Shown: piece after piece, positions 8,793-15,390 of the stretch
Numbering within the stretch: position 1 is the stretch's first letter
Layout: each line of letters opens with the position of its first letter
Assembly (NCBI GenBank): GCA_040326155.1
Contig: JBEQLE010000088.1
Location: 1-15,390 of the forward strand
Source: Leptospirales bacterium
Lineage (GTDB): Bacteria; Spirochaetota; Leptospiria; Turneriellales; JAOUFE01
Length of the DNA: 15,390 bases
Direction: 5' to 3'
The notes under the pieces: generated by a model
The model's input: the letters and a program-made list of their open reading frames with translations, nothing else
What the model was told of the DNA's origin: nothing
Database searches by the model: none
Program-made: the position numbers and the translations under genes

Positions 8793-9249
8793 AGTATATC
8801 CTGAAAAGTAAATTTGCCCCCCACAATATAGTGGCGGCAAGAATACCTGCGGCAATATCATCGAGCATTATACCCCACTCTCCCGGTAATTTTTCAAAGG
8901 ACTTTATTGGCCAGGGTTTAAGAATATCCAAAAAACGAAAGAGAATAAAACCGGCTATCAGGTTTGGAACAGTAGTGGCTACAAACACAAAGGTAAGCGC
9001 CTGGCCTGCCCATTCATCTATGACAACTTCAGATGGATCTTTCTTTAAATTTTTTCTTATATATTTACGTACAGAAAAAGTTCCCACTGTGATGGTAAAA
9101 AGAAAGAACAGTAAGAGCATGAATTTCATATTCCAGGGGCATAAATATTGGAATAAAAAAATGATGAAAATAGCTGCTAAAGAACCCCAGGTTCCGGGGG
9201 CAGGCTTTAAAAGTCCCGAATAAAACCCCGTTGCAATAAATTTATACAT
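8785..9249 (-). CDS. pgpA: Phosphatidylglycerophosphatase A
   Basis: ATGFYSG, PAPGTWGS, KDPSEVVIDEWAG, FRFLDILKPWPI, GIMLDDIAAG. Confidence 0.96.
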   Translation of the reverse strand: MYKFIATGFYSGLLKPAPGTWGSLAAIFIIFLFQYLCPWNMKFMLLLFFLFTITVGTFSVRKYIRKNLKKDPSEVVIDEWAGQALTFVFVATTVPNLIAGFILFRFLDILKPWPIKSFEKLPGEWGIMLDDIAAGILAATILWGANLLFRIYYG

Positions 9250-9251
9250 TT

Positions 9252-9965
9252 CTAATCGGGATCCTCTTTTTTTCGGAATAAGTAATAGGGTGGCGCAAGC
9301 ACTCTGTAATTTGCCTGTAAATAGCGCATTCCGGAAATTACCGTTACCAACGTAACTAACAGAATTAAAAAATATGGTATAGATTCAGCAAAGTATTTTC
9401 TTTTCTCTTTTCGTTCGATATCGTCGACAGGTGTCATACTTATCCCACGTTCTATTAAGGACCAGGTAATTTCAAAGTTCGTTTTACCTGTTTTATGGCC
9501 GAGGTCAAAGGTTTGTTGTATGTCTACCCCATACGATCGAATAACCAATATAAGCAGTATGGCGGCAATGGCTGTCATTTGAAGCACTGTTTTCGTTTTT
9601 GCCAACAGGTTTGTGCGTAGTTCCATCCCTTTTCGAATAGCCAAAAAGCGGATAACTGTAATCATCAGGTCTCGCCCGACAATAACAAGAATCATCCAGA
9701 GTGAAATCTGATGATCGATATAGTAAAATGCTCCAAGACAGGTAATTACCAGAAATTTATCGGCAAGCGGGTCAAGAAAACGTCCTAATTTGGTATCCTG
9801 GGACCACTTTCTAGCCAGGTACCCATCTAACAGGTCGGTAAGTCCTGCGATCGCAAACAGGACAAAAGCGATTAATCGTGCGCTTGGGGTGTCTTGCAGT
9901 ACCATATATAAAAAAAATGGTATAATAATGAAGCGTGAGATGGTCAATAAATTAGGTATATTCAT
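9252..9965 (-). CDS. pgsA: CDP-diacylglycerol--glycerol-3-phosphate 3-phosphatidyltransferase
   Basis: MNIPNLLTISR start; CDP-alcohol phosphotransferase motif DLLDGYLAR...LGRFLDPLADK; AKTKTVLQM; adjacent to pgpA and rimO. Confidence 0.93.
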   Translation of the reverse strand: MNIPNLLTISRFIIIPFFLYMVLQDTPSARLIAFVLFAIAGLTDLLDGYLARKWSQDTKLGRFLDPLADKFLVITCLGAFYYIDHQISLWMILVIVGRDLMITVIRFLAIRKGMELRTNLLAKTKTVLQMTAIAAILLILVIRSYGVDIQQTFDLGHKTGKTNFEITWSLIERGISMTPVDDIERKEKRKYFAESIPYFLILLVTLVTVISGMRYLQANYRVLAPPYYLFRKKEDPD

Positions 9966-11293
9966 GTTTTTTTATCCGGAACAAATTCGCCCAACCAGTC
10001 ATATTCCATAGGTGTTAAAAGCCGGGCTTTTATAAAATCACCCACTGCAACATCCATGTTTCCTTTTGGAATGAATACAACTTCATCAATTTCAGGTGAA
10101 TCTTGGGGTCGTCTGGCGATAATCTCTTCTGTAGTGATTTCATCAATCAATAAATTTCCTAAAGTACCGATTAAACTCTCACGTTTCAGTTTTCTTGACT
10201 TCAGGTGTTCGTCTCGTAGATAATTGACTCGCGAAACCTTTTCTTCATAGGGAATATTGTCATCTAGCTCGAAGCCGGCTGTTCCTTCTTCAGCAGAGTA
10301 GGTAAAAAAGGATACTTTTTGTATGCCGCTCGTTTGTATGAAGGTTCGAATTTGTTCCACATCCGTTTCGGTTTCACCGGGGTAGCCAAGAATAAAGGCG
10401 GTTCGCAGCTCCATGTCGGGCCGAACCTGCAGGGCGCGGTCTATAATTTCTTTGTGAATTTCTACATTGTCAGGACGATTCATGGAACGCAGAATTTTCG
10501 GCGATACATGTTGAAAGGGAATATCGAGATAGGAGACCAGCTTATTATATTTTGGAAATAAGTCGAGTATGTCAAAAATTCTCGGGTCTGGGAAAAGATA
10601 ATGCAATCGTATCCATTCGATACTCTCTTTTTTCTGAAAGTATTCGACAACTTGTTCTATATTGGGCGCCCCACTTGAAACGGTGTCTTGGCTAACTAAA
10701 ATTGCCTCTTTTAAAGGGGCAGCGAAAGAAGCGGTAGAACGTAGTTTGGTTTCAAGCTCAAATTGTTCTGAAATCTCGTCTATGGAATAAGGAGTATATG
10801 GCCCGCGAATGGCGGGAATAACACAAAAGGAACATTTGCGCGAGCATCCCCTGGCTATTCTAAAAAAAGTATAAGAAGTCGTTTCTGAAGATGCAGGTTG
10901 CCAGTTTTTCCCGGGTTTCAATTGAATGGAAAATTTTTCTTCTATGACCTGCGGTAATTGGTGGTAACGGCCCGTACCCATTGTAAAGTCAATCTCGGGA
11001 ATTTCATTTTCTATGGCTTCTTGAAATCTTTCTGGAAAACACCCCACCAGACCAACAAATGTTTTTTTATCTTGTTTGATGTTCAAAGCTTCAAAAGTAG
11101 TTTGTATGGACTCTTCCTGAGCTTCGCGTATAAAAGAACATGAGTTTATAATAACAAAGTCAGCTTTTTGCGGTTCATCCGCTTCTTGAAATCCGTTGAG
11201 CAACATCTGTGTGCGCATGGTTCGAGAGTCGACCCGGTTTTTGGGGCAACCCAGGGTTATAATATGAAAAGAGTAGTCGTTGGAACTGCTCAC
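9962..11293 (-). CDS. rimO: Ribosomal protein S12 methylthiotransferase (radical SAM)
   Basis: TLGCPKNRVDS, INSCSFI, VGC (N-terminal cluster Cys); radical SAM CSRKCSFC; WIRLHY, YLDIPFQH, C-terminal TRAM-like DSPEID; rodZ-rimO-pgsA synteny. Confidence 0.92.
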   Translation of the reverse strand: MSSSNDYSFHIITLGCPKNRVDSRTMRTQMLLNGFQEADEPQKADFVIINSCSFIREAQEESIQTTFEALNIKQDKKTFVGLVGCFPERFQEAIENEIPEIDFTMGTGRYHQLPQVIEEKFSIQLKPGKNWQPASSETTSYTFFRIARGCSRKCSFCVIPAIRGPYTPYSIDEISEQFELETKLRSTASFAAPLKEAILVSQDTVSSGAPNIEQVVEYFQKKESIEWIRLHYLFPDPRIFDILDLFPKYNKLVSYLDIPFQHVSPKILRSMNRPDNVEIHKEIIDRALQVRPDMELRTAFILGYPGETETDVEQIRTFIQTSGIQKVSFFTYSAEEGTAGFELDDNIPYEEKVSRVNYLRDEHLKSRKLKRESLIGTLGNLLIDEITTEEIIARRPQDSPEIDEVVFIPKGNMDVAVGDFIKARLLTPMEYDWLGEFVPDKKT

Positions 11294-11294
11294 A

Positions 11295-12422
11295 TTAAAT
11301 ATCTTTTACAATATATGTAAATCGGGTTTGTTCAACAGGGTCTTTTACTTTGCGAATAACTTTATTGACCTGACTTCCCGGTTTCGTACCAAATTTATGC
11401 TCATTCCCGTTAATTTTAATTTTCATTGCCGGCCCGTTGCCAATTTTCAGTTGAATACTGTCGTTTGCCTGGTAATATAGCTCTGATCCTTTTGGCAACA
11501 TTGCTTTTTTCTGTAATTTCCCATCAACATAAATTTCAACATAGTTTTCGGTTGTGGTAATCGCTTCAAATACTATAATAAAGTTCGATGGATTATTAAT
11601 ACGGTTTTTATCCGTATCTTCTTCTACGGGAGCTTCTACGACTTCACCTTTTACTACTCTAATTTGCAGTTTTATTTTATTTGGCGTCGCCCCTTTTAAG
11701 GTTAATTTGAAGGGTTCAAAACCCGGTTCACTTATTGTAATAGGTGAATTTTCAGTTAAGTCATACTGTTTGTTTCCGGGGTAAAATGAAATTTGAATTC
11801 GTGCAAGCGGATTCTCCGCAGTTGGTCTGTCCAGCTTATTAAGCACCAGGTAAACTTCTTTATTATGTATGGAAAAATCAATGCCTTTTCCAACGGCAAC
11901 TAAAGACGTAGCAAACCCGGAATGCAAATTCAGATGATCAGTATCTATTTCTGGTATTTTTAAGCTCTGCTTTAATTGTTCGTCTAAATCGAAAGTACTG
12001 TTTTCTTCTCCGCCAGCAATAATTTGGGTATTATTACTGAGTATTTTAAAACCGATCAGGCCGGCTGATGCAACCGCTAAAACGATTAATACGATTACAC
12101 TATATTTTTTTATATAATCGAAGGTTGTAACTGCTGGCTGGGTCAGCTGTTGAATTGGGGCTTCGGTTTCTTCAATTAAAGAACCCTTGTATATTTGCAC
12201 TATATGTTCACCATCGAGGCCAAGGAATTTTGCGTAACTTTTTAAGAAACCCATTGTATAGGTTTCACCAGGAAACTGGTCAAAGTTTTCATTTTCAAGT
12301 GCATTAATATGCCGGGAAGTCAACTTGGTTGCATCGCAGGCGTCTTTAATGGTAAGTTTTTTCTCTAGTCTTCTTTTTTTGAGTATTTGTCCAACGCTTT
12401 CAGTCATAGCTCTCTCATTCAA
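11295..12422 (-). CDS. rodZ: RodZ-like cell-shape protein (HTH + TM + periplasmic domain)
   Basis: VGQILKKRR...INALENENFDQFPGETYTMGFLKSYAKFLGLD HTH, one TM helix, C-terminal DUF4115-like IQLKIGNGPAMKIKING. Start may be ATG 12407 instead of TTG 12422. Confidence 0.88.
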   Translation of the reverse strand: MNERAMTESVGQILKKRRLEKKLTIKDACDATKLTSRHINALENENFDQFPGETYTMGFLKSYAKFLGLDGEHIVQIYKGSLIEETEAPIQQLTQPAVTTFDYIKKYSVIVLIVLAVASAGLIGFKILSNNTQIIAGGEENSTFDLDEQLKQSLKIPEIDTDHLNLHSGFATSLVAVGKGIDFSIHNKEVYLVLNKLDRPTAENPLARIQISFYPGNKQYDLTENSPITISEPGFEPFKLTLKGATPNKIKLQIRVVKGEVVEAPVEEDTDKNRINNPSNFIIVFEAITTTENYVEIYVDGKLQKKAMLPKGSELYYQANDSIQLKIGNGPAMKIKINGNEHKFGTKPGSQVNKVIRKVKDPVEQTRFTYIVKDI

Positions 12423-13089
12423 CGGTAGTCAATGGATTATTCACTGTTTGTATTCGACCCTCAACCTTAAAATAAAACAGGCTGGGCGGTAGTTCCGGGT
12501 TTAACTTTATATTTTTATAGGTCAGGGTTACAGTTTTGTTTCGGTTATTTGTAGCTACAAGTTTCTCTATTAGCGATGTTGTGGCATTTACATAAACTGT
12601 CATTGTCGAGAATCCACCGGACGAAACTTTTTCCTTTAAATTAAGAATATAGTACGACTTGCCGTCTACCGTGCGTGGTTGTTCTGGAGTATCATAACTA
12701 TAATGATACCGGGTAAACATACTCATCACCCCTTCGTATCCGGTTGTTCCGGTGACACCCGCATCTTTCGGTGAGTTCAGCTCTTGTACACCAACCGTTT
12801 TCATCTTTTTAATGTATATCCACATTTTTTTCCCATTAGAAATAATAATATCTCCGTAGGGCTCAGTGAAAGTAAAGTTTACATTTCCGCCTTTTTTATA
12901 GTATGCCTTGCCGCGATAAGTTTTGTTGTTTTTCTTTTCTACTGTCTTAATAGTAAAATCAGCAGAGTAAGTTTCAATCCCCTTAAACTTGGCTTTAACT
13001 TTATCTACAATATCAGTAGAGTGAATATAGTCAACCGCATACACTTGAGTTATGGCGAAAATAAATAGAAATGGAATAGTTTTTTTCAT
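12415..13089 (-). CDS. lolA: Outer-membrane lipoprotein carrier LolA-family protein
   Basis: Signal peptide, YSADFT, GKAYYKKGG, EPYGDIIISNGKKMWIY, KLNPELPPSLFYF; located upstream of rodZ. Confidence 0.88.
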   Translation of the reverse strand: MKKTIPFLFIFAITQVYAVDYIHSTDIVDKVKAKFKGIETYSADFTIKTVEKKNNKTYRGKAYYKKGGNVNFTFTEPYGDIIISNGKKMWIYIKKMKTVGVQELNSPKDAGVTGTTGYEGVMSMFTRYHYSYDTPEQPRTVDGKSYYILNLKEKVSSGGFSTMTVYVNATTSLIEKLVATNNRNKTVTLTYKNIKLNPELPPSLFYFKVEGRIQTVNNPLTTVE

Positions 13090-13131
13090 AATGGACCTTA
13101 AACGTTGAATGTCCTGTATTTAGATTATCAC

Positions 13132-13162
13132 CGTCAATCACTTTTCATTTATTTTATTGACA
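13132..13162. promoter_or_regulatory. Back-to-back -35-like boxes for the divergent lolA operon and leuA
   Basis: TTGACG on the - strand (13137-13132) and TTGACA on the + strand (13157-13162), separated by an AT-rich spacer; the -10 matches are poor. Confidence 0.4.
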
Positions 13163-13367
13163 ACCGTGTTTTTAAATGAATTTTGACTCATGCAATGCCA
13201 TCCAATACTTGTCCATGGCAATAGAATTGTCGTTTTTTTTACCTCTATACGAGGGTGTCTGTAACCGGTTCCGGTTCTTCCATTTATTTCGGTTTAATAA
13301 ACCCTGGAATTTAATTGTGTGTATCTTATTTTAAGATAGGTACAAGAGTATTTTATCTGGAGCATGT

Positions 13368-15047
13368 ATGAAACAAGAATTAGTTAATAAATATAAACCC
13401 TATAAAGGTACGATTCAGCTTGAAAATCGAACCTGGCCCGATCAGGCTATCACAAAACATCCACACTGGTGTTCGGTAGATCTACGAGACGGCAACCAGG
13501 CGTTAATTTTACCGATGGATATTCAAGAGAAAGTCGACATGTTCGCACTTTTAGTCGATATCGGTTTTAAAGAAATTGAGATCGGTTTTCCGTCGGCGTC
13601 TGCGCTTGAGTATAATTTTCTTAGAAGAATAATCGACGAAGGGTTAATACCCGAAGATGTAACCGTACAGGTATTAACCCAGGCGCGGCAACATCTAATC
13701 GAAAAAACTTTTGAATCTTTAAAGGGCGCAAAAAAAGCCGTCTTGCATTTGTATAATTCAACTTCAGCTCTTCAGCGAAAAGTTGTTTTTAAGAAAAATC
13801 GGGAAGAGATTAAGTCATTAGCTGTCGAAGGGACTAAAATGGTGAAAAAGCTTGCCACAGGTTCCGACACGGAAATTACCTTAGAGTATTCCCCCGAAAG
13901 TTTCACAGGCACCGAAACCGAATATGCGTTAGAAGTGTGCGAGGCTGTGTTAGAAGCCTGGGCTCCCAAAGAGGGCGAGAAGGTTATTTTTAATTTGCCC
14001 GCTACGGTAGAAATGTACACACCGAATGTTTACGCCGATACCATTGAATGGTTCAGCCGTAACTTGTCGCAAAGGGATAAAGTGATGATCAGTTTGCACG
14101 CCCACAATGATCGTGGTACCGCAGTAGCAGCCACTGAACTTGCTTTGATGGCGGGGGCAGACCGTGTAGAAGGAACCTTGTTTGGTAACGGGGAACGGAC
14201 GGGTAATGTTGATATCGTAACTCTTGCTTTGAACATGTATTGCCAGGGGGTAGACCCTGGCTTAGATTTTCATGATATTAATCGGATAATTGGCCTTTCA
14301 GAAAATGTCACTAAGATTCCGGTTCATGTACGTCACCCCTATGCGGGAGAGTTGGTGTATACCGCCTTTTCGGGTTCTCACCAGGATGCTATCAACAAGG
14401 GCATGAGCGCTTTACGCGAAGAGAATAACCCCTATTGGGAAGTTCCCTATCTCCCCATCGACCCTGAAGATTTAGGACGGACGTATGAATCGGTAATTCG
14501 AATTAACAGTCAATCTGGAAAAGGGGGAGTCGCGTATATTCTTGAGTCGAGGTTTGGTTTTTTATTGCCGAAAAAAATGCATCAAGAAATGGGTCCATTA
14601 GTGCAACGGTATGCAGATTTAAAAAACGATGAGATCTTACCTGAGAAAATAATGGAGATCTTCAGGTCTGAATATCTAGAATCTAAAGATCCGTTTGAGT
14701 ATATATCGTTTCGGCACTCCCCGACAGACATAGAAGGTAAACCTGTTGAATCGACTGTAACTTTTCAATATAAAAGCAAAGAGCAAAGTTTGAAAGGCGT
14801 GGGTAATGGACCGATTGATGCTTGCAAGAATTCGTTAATAACGTCGGGTTTGGTAAGTTTCTCAATTTTGAATTATTACGAACACTCTTTGCAGGCCGGT
14901 TCAGACGCCCAGGCTGTAGCGTACATTCAGATACTTTATAGCGATAAAGGTAATGAAAAAGAGTATTTCGGTGTGGGCATCCACAGTAATATTGAAATTG
15001 CATCGATAAAGGCGATGTTCAGTGCTTTGAATAGAGCCCTTCGGTAA
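13368..15047 (+). CDS. leuA: 2-isopropylmalate synthase (yeast/actinobacterial-type LeuA)
   Basis: WCSVDLRDGNQAL, YSPESF, HAHNDRG, GNGERTGN, TAFSGSHQDAI, WEVPYLPIDP, IRINSQSGKGG, regulatory-domain GNGPIDA; GGAG RBS at 13359-13362. Confidence 0.97.
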   Translation: MKQELVNKYKPYKGTIQLENRTWPDQAITKHPHWCSVDLRDGNQALILPMDIQEKVDMFALLVDIGFKEIEIGFPSASALEYNFLRRIIDEGLIPEDVTVQVLTQARQHLIEKTFESLKGAKKAVLHLYNSTSALQRKVVFKKNREEIKSLAVEGTKMVKKLATGSDTEITLEYSPESFTGTETEYALEVCEAVLEAWAPKEGEKVIFNLPATVEMYTPNVYADTIEWFSRNLSQRDKVMISLHAHNDRGTAVAATELALMAGADRVEGTLFGNGERTGNVDIVTLALNMYCQGVDPGLDFHDINRIIGLSENVTKIPVHVRHPYAGELVYTAFSGSHQDAINKGMSALREENNPYWEVPYLPIDPEDLGRTYESVIRINSQSGKGGVAYILESRFGFLLPKKMHQEMGPLVQRYADLKNDEILPEKIMEIFRSEYLESKDPFEYISFRHSPTDIEGKPVESTVTFQYKSKEQSLKGVGNGPIDACKNSLITSGLVSFSILNYYEHSLQAGSDAQAVAYIQILYSDKGNEKEYFGVGIHSNIEIASIKAMFSALNRALR

Positions 15048-15049
15048 AC

Positions 15050-15120
15050 CGGTCGCAAAGGGACCGCTATAAAATTATATCCGTACGGGGTAACGAGTTC
15101 TACTCTGTACGGAAATATTT
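15050..15120 (+). terminator. Two hairpins downstream of leuA (terminator-like or 3'-stabilising)
   Basis: CGGTC-GCAAAGG-GACCG (15050-15066); TCCGTACGGGGTA(15080-15092)/TACTCTGTACGGA(15101-15113), a 13-bp stem with two G:U pairs; only a weak U tail. Confidence 0.5.
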
Positions 15121-15131
15121 ACAGGTCAATA

Positions 15132-15196
15132 TGCAAAAACTCTTGACAGTCTCGTTGACTGCAAAAACTCTTGACAGTCTCTTTGACTGCAAAAAC
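15132..15196. repeat. 28-bp tandem repeat, about 2.3 copies
   Basis: TGCAAAAACTCTTGACAGTCTC(G/T)TTGAC at 15132-15159 and 15160-15187 (one mismatch), plus partial TGCAAAAAC at 15188-15196. Confidence 0.92.
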
Positions 15197-15237
15197 GTCA
15201 AATCCACCTTAAGATCTGAAAAAGTGTCCGATCACGG

Positions 15238-15258
15238 GTTAATTTAATATGAATTAAC
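15238..15258. promoter_or_regulatory. AT-rich inverted repeat, possible operator
   Basis: GTTAATT-N7-AATTAAC, ending 12 nt before the ATG at 15271. Confidence 0.35.
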
Positions 15259-15270
15259 GATTAATTATTT

Positions 15271-15390
15271 ATGGAAAAATTCTTCAATTCGCTCTTAAAA
15301 TATCCTAAAACAATTCTTTTCACTATTTTGTGTTTGAACGCTTTGGCCGTTATTCCGTTGACCAACATAGAATTCAATACAGCTTTATCC
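15271..15390 (+). CDS. Partial CDS (5' end), probable MMPL/RND-family membrane protein
   Basis: Open to the window edge: MEKFFNSLLKYPKTILFTILCLNALAVIPLTNIEFNTALS. The K-x-P / TM helix / I-x-F-N pattern resembles MMPL-family N-termini. Only 40 codons visible; not in the ORF track. Confidence 0.55.
   Translation, partial: MEKFFNSLLKYPKTILFTILCLNALAVIPLTNIEFNTALS

Noticed and set aside
8793..8861. N-terminal extension of the hypothetical ORF given in the ORF track
   Set aside because: Overlaps pgpA by 77 nt from a non-ATG start; ATG 8792 next to the pgpA stop is more plausible.
13163..13367. T-box riboswitch before leuA
   Set aside because: No GGTGGNACC T-box sequence and no strong terminator/antiterminator pair visible.
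8469..15003. Short shadow ORFs opposite the hypothetical, pgpA, pgsA, rimO, rodZ, lolA and leuA (e.g. 8831-9223, 14683-15003)
   Set aside because: Lie on the opposite strand of well-supported genes, with no independent evidence.
15132..15196. 28-bp repeats as a CRISPR mini-array
   Set aside because: Copies are directly adjacent with no spacers, and there are no cas genes in the window.

Overview
Chromosomal housekeeping region of a moderately AT-rich bacterium. The LolA, RodZ and PgsA sequences look Leptospirales/spirochaete-like (recognised from memory, not from a search). Left to right: a HIT-family gene; a complete Na+-translocating NADH:quinone oxidoreductase operon with both maturation factors (nqrABCDEF-apbE-nqrM, + strand); a convergent minus-strand operon (lolA-rodZ-rimO-pgsA-pgpA-hypothetical); a divergent yeast-type leuA; a structured intergenic region with hairpins and a 28-bp tandem duplication; and the start of a probable MMPL/RND-type membrane protein cut by the window edge. 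No mobile element, CRISPR array, rRNA or tRNA is evident. The most unusual item is the 266-aa 'hypothetical' at 7992-8792. By eye it reads as a kinase-less mini-CheA: a degenerate HPt/P1-like bundle with Ala at the phospho-His position, fused to a CheW/P5-like domain. Second is a proteobacterial-style nqr operon in an apparently Leptospirales-like host, with deviations in the NqrC, ApbE and NqrM motifs.
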